Origin: Chiloscyllium plagiosum
Lineage: Eukaryota
Length of the DNA stretch: 56,315 nucleotides
Assembly: GCF_004010195.1 (NCBI RefSeq)
Contig: NC_057718.1
Coordinates: 33,133,690-33,190,004 of the forward strand
Reading direction: 5' to 3'
Below are positions 1 through 12,396 of this stretch, piece by piece; within the stretch, counting starts at the first letter, position 1; every line of letters starts with the position of its first letter. Below the pieces are notes generated by a model. The model saw only the letters and a list, made by a program, of their open reading frames with translations. It did no database searches and was not told the DNA's origin. The translations under genes and the position numbers were made by a program.

Positions 1-304
1 CCTTGGACACAGCCTTAGAATTAGAGGGGGTCATTTCAGAACAGAAATGTGGAGGCATTTCTTCAGCCAGAGAGTGGTGGGCCTGTGGAATTCATTGCCA
101 CGGAGTGCAGTGGAAGCCGGGACGCTAAATGTCTTCAAGGCCGAGATTGATAGATTCTTGTTGTCTAGAGGAATTAAGGGCTACGGGGAGAACGCTGGTA
201 AGTGGAGCTGAAATGCGCATCAGCCATGATTGAATGGCGGAGTGGACTCGATGGGCCGAATGGCCTTACTTCCACTCCTATGTCTTATGGTCTTATGGTC
301 TTAT
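1..304 (+). mobile_element. CR1-clade LINE 3' end
   Basis: ORF2 C-terminal sequence (RHFFSQRVVGLWNSLP), CR1-type 3'UTR and (TCTTATGG)n tail at about 283-304. Confidence 0.9.
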
Positions 305-420
305 AGGATAGATAAAGGCGAAGCAATGGATGCAATATATTTGGATTTTCAGAAGGTGTTTGATTAAGGTACCATATAGTAGTCTACTTTATTAGGTAAG
401 AGCCTATGGAGTTGGAAGTA
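305..420 (+). mobile_element. CR1 RT fragment
   Basis: Translates to DKGEAMDAIYLDFQKVFD, the CR1 RT motif (YLDFxKAFD). Confidence 0.75.
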
Positions 421-984
421 TGGCAAACCATTTTAACTGACACTATGAACTGGCACTCTTGATAAACGGAGAAAAAAATACCTCAAATACCACAACGTTT
501 ACTATATTATTCTGTCCAATTATTCTAGCTTTCTAATTTTACTTCAATATGAATATACATGTTGTTCAATTGAATGGCCACACGAAATACCACAATTGAT
601 TTAATTTTGTGTGAATTTCCCATCAATCACTGGGATCTACCATGATGTCAACTTGTCAGAAGAGGGCGTGAGTGAGAAGGCTGTCTGCTGATACAATTTA
701 TCCTTAAATAAAGCATGTTATTATTTAAATGGTTTATGCTGTAAATTAAGTATTATGGTGATGTATATACCCCTGTACTATGGTTCCAGTACTTAGTGTG
801 AGTTTTTAACATTGTTCACGTGGGCCTCTTGATCAACCAAAATATTTGACCAGTTGGTACATTTCTGATTTCATAGGTGGCCAGATAATAAAAGATTTAC
901 TGTAGTTTATTAACATGGGATAGTGGATTAGCTAACTAATAGCTGTTAGAGGTTATAGATTTGGAAGTTGCTGTGAAAGGGATC

Positions 985-1640
985 TTGGTGAGTTGCCATC
1001 AGGGATTTGTAGTTGGTATACACTGCAGCCACTGTATTGTTGGTGAAGTGAGTGAATGCTTAAGATAGAGGGTGATGATCAGTGAGTTGCTTTTCCTGGA
1101 CGCTGGTAACCTTCTTGAGTGTTACTCAGGCAAATGGAGAGTATTCTATCACATTCCTGAGTTGTGCATGGTAGATGGTTGACAGGCTTTGGAGTGTTAG
1201 GAAGTCAGTTACTTGATGCAAAATTCTCAACCTCTGATATGCTATTGTAGACACACTATTTACAATTCCATTCTGTTCTGGTCAATGGTAATCCCCATGA
1301 GGCTGATGATGGTAGATTCTTTGAACATTCTTTACTCAGAGAGTAGTAAGGGTATGGAATGCTTTGCCTGCAACGGTAGTAGATTTGCCACCATTTAGTA
1401 CATTTAAGTCGTCATTGGACAAGCATATGGTCGTACATGGAATAGTGTAGGCTAGATGGGCTTCAGATTGGTATGACAGGTTGGCGCAGCATCGAGGGCC
1501 GATGTACTGTGCTGAGCTGTAATGTTCTATGTTCTATTATGCCATTAAATGTCATGACATTTGAGGCCTGATTTAATTTTCTCTTGTTGGTGATTGTCAT
1601 TGCCTCACCATTGTGCTACTTGATTCAATATTTCATCATG
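985..1640 (-). mobile_element. Old LINE (CR1/L2 group) RT fragment interrupted by a + strand CR1 3' end at about 1325-1538
   Basis: Degraded RT-like sequence on both sides; the insert ends in a (TGTTCTA)n tail. Confidence 0.6.
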
Positions 1641-2407
1641 GCCTTGAATGGAGTATGGTGATGTTATTTGGAAATTTTTGAATCTAATGTTTATGTTTAA
1701 GTCTGTATTTTAAGGACTTGTAGCACAGCAGATTGGAGCACCAAAAGCTGCATTACAGTGATGTCAATGAGGAAAAGATATTTAAAAATAGAGTTTGCCA
1801 TGTTTTAACCTGTCACTGAAAATCTTTGACAAGGTGAAGCCTTTTGACAAATGTTAATTCACAATTTTTGTTTATTTCAACTGTTCTGTTGTTACAGACT
1901 CTCAGGTTCTAGGAAATGTCATGAATTGTCTATAGTCTGGGTTTGCGTCATTGGTCTAAATGATGCATTGTGTTTCAGGAACTTCTTAGTGATAATACTA
2001 AAACAGTGTTTGCAAAGATTTCCTTCCCAAACTTCTGACTGACTATCATTGATTTTAGAGAGCAGTTACTTCAAGATTTGCACTTATGTAATGCCAAATA
2101 TTAACCCCTAATTTTGCACTGTGCATAGCAATTATGACAAAATTTACAATGATTTTATCAAAACCAAGATCTAAACTGAGATGAAAACTGGTAATTTGGT
2201 AAATGTTGGGGCACAAGATAAGTGCCATATAGCTTGCTTCTTCATTATCCTATTGACATTATGGAAACTAATGCTTGAACTTAACAAGTCATTATTTTTG
2301 CACATAGTGTAAATTGGATAGCTTCCTGAAATGGGATGGGGGTTGTTGTGTTGTGTATATGATGCAGACTGAAACCATCAGCTATGCCAGCAGAGCATAT
2401 TGCTTAC

Positions 2408-2545
2408 CCAGAAGCCACTCTGTGGTTTGCCATAGTGCGACAAATACAGCTACCACAGAGGCAGCCACATAATGATGTCATTGTGAATGCCAGCACATCG
2501 CCAATCATTGACCCATCTAGTTTACAGCCTATGGTTACATAGCAG
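2408..2545 (-). CDS. Candidate exon, copy B: CYVTIGCKLDGSMIGDVLAFTMTSLCGCLCGSCICRTMANHRVAS
   Basis: Acceptor ttctttcagtttcag, donor GG|gtaagc, 138 nt open frame, phase 2-2. Confidence 0.55.
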
Positions 2546-2594
2546 CTGAAACTGAAAGAATTCAATCTGTCAGGTTTTAAAGTAAGGCCTGTAA

Positions 2595-3020
2595 AGCAAA
2601 GTGCATGAAGTCAATGGCATCTTGTGCTAAGGGGAAGCTTGCATTGCCAGACAATTTCCCCTGGTAAGAGGGGATGAAATGTAGGAAGCTTTCTTTGAAT
2701 AGAGAACCTCAGTGACCTCACTTGTGCAACATGAAAGGGAAAGTGAAAAATGTTGCAAATGTCTCCAGATGGAGCCTGGAAGAAGTTCATCGTGAGAGTC
2801 ACCTTCATGGCTTTGGCAAAGTGATTTGTTCTCCCCTGAGGTTGCTATTGGATTTTCAGCCAATGACAGATTTCAGTGAAGATCTGAAAGTGAAGTACAG
2901 ATGTTTCACACATTGTTCCTCCCTGAAGTTCAAGTGTAAAATTGCTCCGTGAGCACTCTGAGCAGAAATGGTTTTCTGATAAGAGACTTTCTCGGTCTTC
3001 CCTTCCTCATTGCTCCTGCA
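2595..3020 (-). mobile_element. PIF/Harbinger transposase relic
   Basis: Frameshifted minus-strand translation EEQCVKHLYF..TEICHWL..AMKVTLTMNFF..QAPSGDICNI..CCTSEVTEVLY..SFPLAQDAIDFMH matches the HARBI1-type pattern (KVxxALNFYASGSFQ..GFPxVQGAIDCTH). Confidence 0.8.
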
Positions 3021-3344
3021 ATTCCCTTACTATCCGTGGTCTTTGTTCATTTTTTAAGCCAAACATATACTTAGGGGAATGTCTACTACTCATGCACCTA
3101 TGCTAGGATCAACAGAAGACTTGACAGCAGTGTATACAGTCCTTCAGCCCCTGCCCCATCACACCCTGCAGACTTTGCTGCTGATGTGTGTTCAGGTTTT
3201 CAAGATTCAGTGAGGACATTAGCTGGTGAATTGAGTTCCAAACTGACAGTACAGGCACCAAATCAGAATCATAAGCCAAACAACGTAATGATCTGCATGT
3301 TTTGCCTATTGGTGGCAGTGGAGTAGGGCTTCTGGGCCCAGGGC

Positions 3345-4072
3345 TCATCCGCTTCATCCACGTTTCTTTTCTATTTTTTCTCTTTTTTTATTTTACTTAT
3401 CTCTTGTTGAAGAGGTCAGCCACCGTGACACCATCAGTGGTGGCAAGTGAGCCTAGCATAGACTAGAGTAGGCCCAGAAGCGCAGACTCGCGGGTGGTGG
3501 CATCAGTGGTGAGTTTGTGTTCCCAGCAGCCTCTGCATCAACGAGGCAATCCTACTGCTGACTCATGGCCTCTGTAATGGAGGTGAGTTTAGGTTCCCAG
3601 CAGCGTCTGTGTCCAGCGCAGATTCATGGAGGAGGTGGAGAAGGCGAGTTTGGGCCCAATACAAGACTTGGCAGCATCAGCAGTGACTGCATCGGCTTGG
3701 TGGACTCAAAGCAGACTCCTGGTGATGTGAGAGTCGAGTTTGGGTGACCAGTGGCATCTGTATTGACAAGAGCCAGCAAGGATTCATAGTTTCAAAGGCA
3801 AGATGACACCAAAGTATGGTGACTTTCATTCCAGCGGTACTGTGAAGGAGACTCATACCCTTCCATCAGGCCCATGGCTCATGGCGAAGCACTTCACAAG
3901 AAGAACTGTAAAGTGGAACACATTTTCGTTGTTTCTTCATTTTTCTGCCATTCTTATTCTATGTTTTGGTTTATTTTTCTGTGTTGAGATGGCACTGGGG
4001 AGTGGTGACACAATGCAACACTTTTCACTGTATTTTGTAACAAAATGCACGAGATCATAAATAAATCAAATA
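3345..4072 (+). mobile_element. Non-autonomous retroelement with LINE-type 3' tail
   Basis: Internal imperfect direct repeats (GTGAGTTT..GTTCCCAGCAGC); 3' end ACTTTTCACTGTA..ATAAATAAATCAAAT resembles the Rex1-type tail at 42935-42970. Confidence 0.5.
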
Positions 4073-4390
4073 CTTCTGGCTGATGCTTTCTGCAAGCACA
4101 CTAACTGCTTCACCAATATGGAGTCAGGGATGATTCAACAGCCAGTTCCCAAACTGTTGACAAACATCACTTTCATGTTGCAAGGACATATTTAAGCCCA
4201 GCGTATTTAAGAAAAATAAATTTTAGAAGCTTTTCTCTTTTTAATAGTTAAGCGTTGGATCCAATAAAAATCATCATACAAAAATTTTGAAAATGCAGGT
4301 CTTAGTAAGGTGTGAGAATTAAATACATACGCAATGATACTTTGATGTCAAGCTGAAGTAAATCAGTTAACAGGCCATTTAAGAAAGACA

Positions 4391-4583
4391 AAAGTGAGAC
4401 TGCAGATGCTGGAGATTAGAGTCGAGAATGTGGTGCTGGAAAAACACAGCAGGTCAGGCAGCATCTGGGGAGCAGGAGATTTGATGTTTCGGGCAAAAAC
4501 CCTTCATCAGGAATGAGGCCTCTTTCCTGATGATGGGTTTTTGCCCGAAACATCGATTCTCCTGCTCCTCGAATGCTCATTTC
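4391..4583. mobile_element. Penelope-derived fold-back insertion with hammerhead cores
   Basis: Inverted arms; CTGATGA at 4527-4533 and GAAAC at 4547-4551; flanked by TTAAGAAAG(A/G)CA at 4379-4390 and 4584-4595. Confidence 0.8.
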
Positions 4584-4814
4584 TTAAGAAAGGCATAATA
4601 CAATTCCACTGTTATTTCGTGATTATAATAAACACTCCTTCAAATTCCAAACATACTTCTTAGCCTAGTGAATCCCAAAAAAATGCTCTTGTGAACTGAA
4701 ATTATTCTGAAAGTACTTTAGTATTGCTGATAAAGCCACATTTTGTCAAAACATTTCATCCTGCAACCCATCGGAATAGTAAATGAAAAGCAAATGGAAA
4801 ATAATATTTCATAC

Positions 4815-4905
4815 AGTGTCAGAAATGAGGACTGATTGATTGGCAATTCAATTCTGAGTGGTAAATGTTTTACCATGCAACTGTTAGATGATTGCTGACA
4901 GTTAA
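4815..4905 (-). CDS. Candidate exon, copy B: NCQQSSNSCMVKHLPLRIELPINQSSFLT
   Basis: Lies within ORF 4718-4912; donor CT|gtatga; CQQ-x8-HLP-x4-L spacing identical to exon 23757-23840. Confidence 0.45.
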
Positions 4906-4993
4906 CTGCCAAACTTTACGACGTTTACTAAGTTGGTTGATTCTGATTAATCAAGATATTCCCCCAAAAATTGAACCAGAGAATAGCTATCAC

Positions 4994-5043
4994 CTGATTT
5001 GTTGAGTTGAAACATGGACAATGTCTGTATATGTTTGTTCTTT
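4994..5043 (-). CDS. Candidate exon, copy B: KNKHIQTLSMFQLNKS
   Basis: Acceptor ctattttttgcag, donor CAG|gtgata, phase 2-1. Confidence 0.4.
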
Positions 5044-5519
5044 CTGCAAAAAATAGAGCCATGCATAGTAATATATGCTGCTTTCATCATGTTTCCAGGA
5101 CAAATAACTTATGTGGTACAGGTAGTTCTTCTGTAAGACGATGGTTGTGTTCTTGCGCAACACCGCTTTATGGAAAAATTACCCTTTTGTAATAGCACTT
5201 AAAGTGTTGACAATGTAATCATGTTACAGCCAACACACATTTTAAAAGTTCATGCTTTAGAAATAGTGTCCTGAATTCATCAATTATGTTACAGCAGATT
5301 CGCGTTAACGAATCTACCTGTATCAGAATTTCAGTGCCAGTGTCATTCACAGAAAATGCTGCAGAAATCCATTAGGTCTGATAGCATCAGTGGAGAGAGA
5401 AAACCAGAATTAATGTTTTGAGTTTGGTTTGACTCTTCTTTCAACTGCATATATGAACACACAAAGCCCTGTTCTTCACAGCAAAAAGAGCATGCACAGA
5501 CATTACATCTGTTTCAACT

Positions 5520-5825
5520 GAACAAAAGAGGTAACAGCCATTCTCTGATTCATTTCTTTGGGTACTAATTTGATCCATCAGAATAAGCCTGCCTTCGTTA
5601 AAATTTTTACCAAACCGGACAGTTAATTGTCAGCCATCATCTAACTGGTGCACTCTCCATTCGTAGTGCCTCCACCAACCAGAGTCCACTTGCCAACTAG
5701 AGCCCACTTGCCAACCAATCAGTACTCTCTTCTCAAACAGTCTAAAATGTAATTTCTCTTTACAATGGCACTTTTGCAAATTAATCTGCTGAGTGCAAGA
5801 TGAAAAGTTCCAACAAAATGTATCT
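5520..5825 (+). mobile_element. Penelope-type terminal repeat fragment with degraded hammerhead
   Basis: CTGCTGA-GTGCAAGAT-GAAAAG at 5786-5807; related copy at 8425-8600. Confidence 0.55.
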
Positions 5826-6450
5826 TAGAATCATAAAGTCATACAGCACAAAAACAGGCCATTCAAACCAATTTGTCCAAGCCGCCAAGGTATCCTAAAC
5901 TGAACTCGTCCTAGTTGTCTGTATTTTGCCTATAAGGTCAAGAGTGTGGTGCTACAAAAGCACAGCAGGTCAGACAGCATCCAAGGAGCAGGAGAATCAA
6001 CATTTTGGTAATAAGCCTTCATCAGGGTTTTGCCGATATCTCTCTAAACCTTTCCAATCCATGTACCTGTCCAAATGTCTATTAAATTTTATAATTGTAC
6101 TTGCTTCTACCACTTCCTCTGCTAGCTTGTTCCATATACTCACCACCATCTGTGTGAAAATGTCAACCCACAAGTCACTTTTAAATCTTTTCCCTCTCAC
6201 TTTAAACATATATCTGCTAGTTTTAGAATCCCCTATCCTGGGAAAAAGACCTTGACTATTTAAATTATCTCTGTTCCTCATTACTTTGCAAACTTCTACA
6301 AGGTCACCCCTCAACCTCCTACTCCCCAGCCAATCCAGCCTCACATTATAACTCAAACCCCCAGTCTCAGTAACATCCTTGTAAATATTTCTTGCACCCT
6401 TTCCAGTTTAATAACATCCTTCGTATAATAAGGCAATGAGAACTGTTTAA
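5826..6450 (-). mobile_element. CR1 LINE 3' fragment with a Penelope-derived insert at about 5936-6030
   Basis: ORF 5997-6356 contains RRLRGDLVEVCKVM..WNKLAEEVVEA. Confidence 0.9.
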
Positions 6451-6560
6451 AACACATCTGAAAGAGTGAGAGAAAGACGCGTTATTCAAATTATGCTATT
6501 GCACAGATTCTAAGCAGCAACACTTTTGCCTGTTCCTTTAATATGCTTCACCTGACTCAC

Positions 6561-6635
6561 AAAGTTCTTGCTACCAGGCAGAATAAGTTCTCTTTGAGCC
6601 AATTAGCTTCTTGGACTTGTTGGCAGGTTATAGGG
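6561..6635 (-). CDS. Candidate exon, copy B: PITCQQVQEANWLKENLFCLVART
   Basis: Acceptor tcagtttag, donor TT|gtgagt, only one frame open; upstream intron would be only 70 nt. Confidence 0.5.
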
Positions 6636-6705
6636 CTAAACTGATTCTATTATTATCCCAGTGTTTGACCTCAGATCCTCTGAGAAGTAAATCTTTCTGA
6701 CTTAC

Positions 6706-6788
6706 CTAAAGCATAATTGCCAAGAAGTCTGTGAAGCAGAAATGTATTGTCCAATGTGTTCACTGTTGATTGAAGAGCAAAGCAGCCA
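6706..6788 (-). CDS. Candidate exon, copy B (WLLCSSINSEHIGQYISASQTSWQLCF or GCFALQSTVNTLDNTFLLHRLLGNYAL)
   Basis: Strong acceptor ttttgtttcctgcag and donor TAG|gtaagt; two frames are open. Confidence 0.55.
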
Positions 6789-8424
6789 CTGCAGGAAACA
6801 AAATCTAATTTTAGGCCCAGTCAGAAGAGGAAAATATTCAGATACAGTCTTCATGACAGCAAATGCACCATGAATATCCTTTCACTGAACTGTGTAGCTG
6901 CAGGTTAATAGTCAACAGTGGAGAAAGCTAAACTAGAAAATCAGAGCATTTCCAGAAAAATATCAAGTGCTGCCAAGAAAGAACGCCAACACGTTGCCTT
7001 TAATAGATTCTAAAACAGAAAAGGCAGCATTTTCGAATGGGGAGCAAAAGAAATAAGGTACTTCAACTTTAGATGACAATCTTACAAAATCTGTGCTCTC
7101 TAGAAACTACTTTATATAGGGAAAAATGGTTTTAATTGAAGCCTATGAAGCAAATTATGATAATCAACAGAAATGGTGCACCTTAAGTTTATCACAAATG
7201 TGTTCAAATTACCTATTAATAGTCAGAGTAGTAGCACAGGCAGGTAGATGTCAGCTAAAAGTAGAAGCTAAATATAGAGCAATTAAATACTGATGAAGGG
7301 TGCAGTTGGTGCCTAGACTACGCTGCCCTACATATCTGACTTGTTACTCAGAATAAATCAGGAACAACGAAACAAAAAGCAAAGTGATAAAAGTATTTAT
7401 TGTTTGATTGCAATGTATAAAGAAATCTAAATAAGTGCTGATTTTAAAATAAGATATGAAGGAGGTGGGATTTCAGTTATGATCTATATTGTCAGTAGCT
7501 GCCTATGGTTAAGAGGCCTGAAGATGTTTTTAAGTTGCGACCCATTTAAATAAGCGCTTCAATGAAGTTCTCCAGTCTCATGCTTTGGAAGAGTATCCAG
7601 CCTTTGTGGATTGACTGTCACGGGGCTGAAAGATGAACTGGATCGATCAAGGATGGGGCAGAAGACCGTGAGGATAGTAGAAGTCATTTTTCAAAACCCA
7701 AAAAGCCTATTTGTTCCAGAGCAGCATTTAAAGATCCTGAAAGATCTATTATAGGAGCCATTATAAGCCATTTGATTTCTTCAAACTGGAACTGCCATTC
7801 GCAATGCGTGTTCCACCCACTTTGTAAATAAACATGATGCAGTGTAGCAATCTCATGTGCAATATTAATTAGTGCCTGTCCGTTTTAATCAGGCCTGCAG
7901 TGCTACCATTTAAAGACCATCCGAAATTTCATCATGTGGGCACACAGAAGACTTCTCTCTAACATTTACGATTTATTCAGATATGAAGTGGGCAGCCAAC
8001 AGTTGAACATTTGACTGCATGGGATTTTGCTTTTATGACTGAACTTCAGAAAGCATATCTTATTTATTTCAGATAAAAAATGGACGAAAATGATTGAAAA
8101 ATGATTATAAGCATAATCTGTATTGGAGGCTATTAACACCAGTTCCACAAATGTACTGCCTTCCATAAGCCCATGGTTGCAAAATCCAAAATAAAATGCC
8201 TGCTGTTAGGTGTGATTCTGTGATTGGGCAGTACTTGCTAAACAGTTCAAAGCATGCTAATAACTACACAATCACCCAATAAGATATGATCAGTTGAGCT
8301 CATACAGTGACATATTTATTGGAAATGACATAGATTCAAACATAGGGATCTGTTTTTTGCAAACAAAATAAATATGTTCAAGTCTTGCACTTTTTTTGAA
8401 TTACTGGAGAGGTTGAGGAGCCTA

Positions 8425-8600
8425 TACTTCCTTGTTGCTTTCTCTAAGACAGTGCCTCGACCAATCAGACTTGCCAATGAGTCAGCATCCCTTTTTCCTG
8501 AGGTACGAATTGTTGGAATCAATTGAAATTTGACTTTCTCAAGCTTATCCTGATGAGTGCAAGATGAAAGTTTCAATAATGTTCCCTCTTTTGAGCAGTA
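8425..8600 (+). mobile_element. Penelope-type terminal fragment with hammerhead core
   Basis: CTGATGA at 8550-8556, GTGCAAGAT, then GAAAG at 8566-8570. Confidence 0.6.
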
Positions 8601-9900
8601 TCCAGGAAAATATTTGATCCCATTCACATTTATGTGTTACATTTGACAAATATTAAATGATATTAAGGCATTTGAGGGGTTCTCAAGTTACATCCTTTTT
8701 TAGTGTCACTTTTCAGTATTCCAGCTGTGATAGATGAAAGGCTTCAGAGTTGATTTGTGGATGACAATTGCCAAGGTCTTAAAACGTATTTCTAAGAAAC
8801 TGTCCAGGGACAGATGTACTTGTAGAGTTATTTAATGTAGCTTTAGAATGTAGATAATGCAGTTCTGATGGCTTGACAAGTTAAGTTAATATATTTCCAA
8901 GAAGGTCTGCCAAATACGTCTGGCATACAGTGTATTGCATAGCACTGCTATCTATGTGTCGGCATGGTAGAGGTTCCAGTGGAATGGTTTCCTTCTTGCC
9001 AGCATTCTCCTCCTTTCTTTTCCTGATGGCTTTGAATTCTTGCTAAATGTGCTTCTGAACACAGTTCTGATTCTTTGCTAAATAGGTCTCATCTATAAAC
9101 AACAGTTTCTGTGTGGGATCTCGCTATTCACAGGATTTCACACACAGCCACTCCACAACTATTCAGTGATGACTACATAAGAACTCTGATGTTGATGTGG
9201 TTTGTTCTAACTTTAACCAAAAAGTGCCAAGGTATGGTGGGACACACATGAGACAGTAAAACTGAGCACAACCCAGGCCCCACTCCACGTCCAGGCTTAC
9301 ATGCTTTCAAAAAAAAGTTGCTGGACAGTAATTCATTATTCTGAATACTTCTCAGAGAGAATATTATATTTCTCTATCCAGAAATGCTGGCTTGATATAA
9401 AGTTGACTGACACAGTTCTGTGCTGAACCATATACTAGATTCCCTCCATTAGCATATGAACAAAAATTCCATTGTTAGTATTGTTGGCAAAACTTCAATT
9501 AGTGCTTACAACTATAAGCCCCTCAATGACAAAAGCAATAAACTGGGGAAATGGAGAATTCTAGCCTGTAATAGCCTGTCGTATTCTACTGAGGGAGCCA
9601 ACCTTGAAGAGGTCAAGACTCTTTGCCAGGTTTCCATATGAGAAAACCTGGATGGACAGCTGGTAAAGAGTAAACACAATATATGGACTGAACGTCCACA
9701 CCAAACATTTCAAACTGGCTAGTATATCAGAAGCTCCCAGGGCAGATCGCTCCGCAACACTAAAGCAACACTGTGAGAAAACACTGAGAAACTCTGGTAA
9801 ATGCTGTAAAATTGGGAGTCATTCTTGTGGATTCTAAATGTTTTGGATTAAATGATAAGAAAAGCAGGCCAGGAATAATTTTAAATTAATAATCCCATTT

Positions 9901-10040
9901 AGACGAAGAGTCATATTAGACTCAAAGTGTCCACTGTTCCTCTCCTCACAGATGCTGCCAGGTATGTTGAGGTTCTCCAGCCCTTCTTGTTTTTAGTTTA
10001 GATCTCTAGTATCCACAGCATTTTCATCATATTCAGGAAA
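9901..10040 (+). mobile_element. Short Penelope-derived terminal fragment
   Basis: Same family as 16093-16318 and 19130-19262 (CACAGATGCTGCCAG..CTCCAGC). Confidence 0.6.
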
Positions 10041-10254
10041 TGTTGCTCCAATCCCATTTAATCATACCAGGTCATCACTGAAGTATGATGTTATAAGTCA
10101 AAAGATTAGACAGAGAAACTACACCGTTTGAATGGTCAGTTGAAGTAGTTGGGTATTCAGACTAGTTCTAATGTGGTAGAGTTGATTACTACAATGAAGC
10201 ATGCTGACATAAAGAATGTTCCAACACTCAGGAGGTTAACACAAAAGCAAAAAC

Positions 10255-11210
10255 TTTTATGTAAATTATTTGGATGAGAATTTAGGAGGTGTAGTTAGTA
10301 AGTTTGCAGATGGCACCAAGCTTGATGTATAGTGGACAGTGAAGAAGATTATCTCAGAGTACAAGGGACCTTGATCAGATGGGCCAATGGGCTGAGGAAT
10401 GGAAGGTGGAATTTAATTTAGATAAATACAAAGTGTTGCATTTTGATGGGTCAGATCAGGGCAGGACTTAAAAGGTCAATGGCAGAACCCTGGGAGTGTT
10501 ATAGAACCATGCGTTTTCTAACAGGTTCACAACTCCTCGAACGTGAGTCACAGGTAGACAGGGTAGTGAATAAGGCTTTCGGCATGTATGCTTTCATCAA
10601 GGAAAACACTGAGTATAGGAGTTGGGATGTCTTGTTGCAGCTGTACAATAGATTGGTGAGGCCACTTTTGGAGTACTGCATGCAGTTCTGTTTGTTCTAC
10701 TATAGAAAGGATGGTGATAAACTACAAAGAGTGCAGGAAAGATTTACTAAGATGCTACCTGGACTGGAAGGTTTTAGTTATAGGGAGAGGTTGGATGGGC
10801 TGGAATTTTCTTCCCTGGAGCAGAAGAAACTCAGGGGTGACCTAATAGAGGTCTATAAAATCATGAGAGGCATACATAAGGTAGATGGCCATTAGCTTTG
10901 CCCCATGGTAGTCTAGAACAAGAGGGCATAGGTTTAAGGTGAGAAGTGAGAGACACAAAAGGGTTCAAATGGGCAATTTTTTTCACACAGAGGACGGTGA
11001 ATATCTGGAATGGGTTTCCAGAGGTAGTGGTGGAAGCAAATGCAATTTCATAATTTAAGAAACATGAGGATAGGTACATGGATGGGATAGGTATGGAGTG
11101 ATATGGATTAAATGCAGGCAAGTGAGACTAGTTTAAATTGTGAAAATTGGACGGCCTGGGTAGGTTGGGCCAAAGGGCCTGTTTCCATGCTGTAGACCTC
11201 TGTCACTCTG
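10255..11210 (+). mobile_element. CR1 LINE, 5'-truncated
   Basis: SKFADGTK motif, ORF 10443-10895 (LYNRLVRPLLEYC..RGDLIEVYKIM) and 3'UTR. Confidence 0.95.
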
Positions 11211-11363
11211 GGAAATCCAAAATAAAAACATAACACAGCTCCTAGGATTCTGGAGGAGAGGCATCTCACAAATGTAATGCTTTGTACACATGATGGAAAT
11301 CTTTCATCTAATTTTGTTCTGAAATTTTACTTGTACATTGTTATGATATATGTTAACCAACTG

Positions 11364-11521
11364 TTAATTTATAATATCATTGACTGGAAGAATATATCTT
11401 GACCTCTTTTTGAAAAGAACAACGTAAAAGCTGCAAAACAAAAACGCACTGGCCACAACAGTAACAATGTTGTATTTGCAAGGAACAAGCTGCTTGGAAG
11501 GAGACACCAAGAGTTGTTGAC
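11364..11521 (-). CDS. Terminal exon, copy A: GQQLLVSPSKQLVPCKYNIVTVVASAFLFCSFYVVLFKKRSRYILPVNDIIN*
   Basis: Strong acceptor ttctttttaccactcctctacag; phase 1 matches the previous exon; 20-residue hydrophobic segment followed by KKRSR. Confidence 0.7.
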
Positions 11522-12224
11522 CTGTAGAGGAGTGGTAAAAAGAAAGAAGTCAGTTCAGCCCTCCTAATTTGAACATGACAGCACATAACATACAAGATTT
11601 TATTTAGTGAGAGAATGGGAGTTGCTTATTGTCTATTAGTTCTATTTAAGTTTTGGCAGACAATGGGCATTCACTGGAGATTCAAGGAACAGGCAGAAAC
11701 TATGATTGTTAGTGAGAAGGTACATGTTTGTAACATGTATATTTGTGATTAAGTAAACCTAACAGTGTGTAAATATTGGATATATTTCTATCCCTTGCCA
11801 TCTGGTCTTCTGGAACATCATTACTTTGGAGTTTAGACATGGCCATTCAGCCACTGAAGCCTGCTCCACTATGAAATCACTGCTATCCTCCCAAGAATCT
11901 TAACTTACTAAAATTCAAAAATTGTCTTTCTTTACAGGGGGCGTGATCTTTCTGAGACTGTAGATGCTGTGTTGTGAGCCTCTGCTATTGTAAGCATCTA
12001 CTCCGCCCCTAATGGCTGAGGCTATTAACCCTTGGATAATATTTCAATGGGGCAAGTTCTTTTTGCATGCCCAGTCTGTGGCAGAACCTTCTAATTACTA
12101 GATCCTGATAACTATGTGACGATTGAGGACCTGTTGAAATCTCAAGTTGGGATTTTAGCTTGTTAAAGAGGATAGGTTCAGGGGAAGGCAAGGCAGTAGC
12201 TTAAACCCATCCTTAGGTCTGTAC

Positions 12225-12396
12225 CCTGATATCTTATGGGAGTCACAGAAGCTTGGATTTCAAGGGAGCCATAACAGACAACTTGCTCACATAGCACTAG
12301 TGGACATTTAAGACCATTAATAAGCATTTTGTCAGCACAATCAGGATAAATTTGGATTTTCTTTTCAAAGCTTAGATTTGATATACTGTAAGCATT
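12225..12396 (-). CDS. Exon, copy A: NAYSISNLSFEKKIQIYPDCADKMLINGLKCPLVLCEQVVCYGSLEIQASVTPIRYQ
   Basis: Acceptor ccttttcctcctccatatcag, donor AGG|gtacag, 172 nt open. Confidence 0.65.

Larger units (their letters stand above)
2408..8200 (-). pseudogene. Candidate second (downstream) otoancorin/mesothelin-like gene or pseudogene, copy B, partial
   Basis: Phase-compatible AG/GT-bounded exons at 6788-6706, 6635-6561, 5043-4994, 4905-4815 and 2545-2408; possible further exon at about 8200-7970; motifs ITCQQVQ, LSMFQ..VNC, GCKLDGSMI. Confidence 0.4.

Noticed and set aside
7213..7254. 42-nt minus-strand segment with a strong acceptor and donor
   Set aside because: It has stops in all three frames and cannot be supported as coding, although it could be a decayed exon of copy B.
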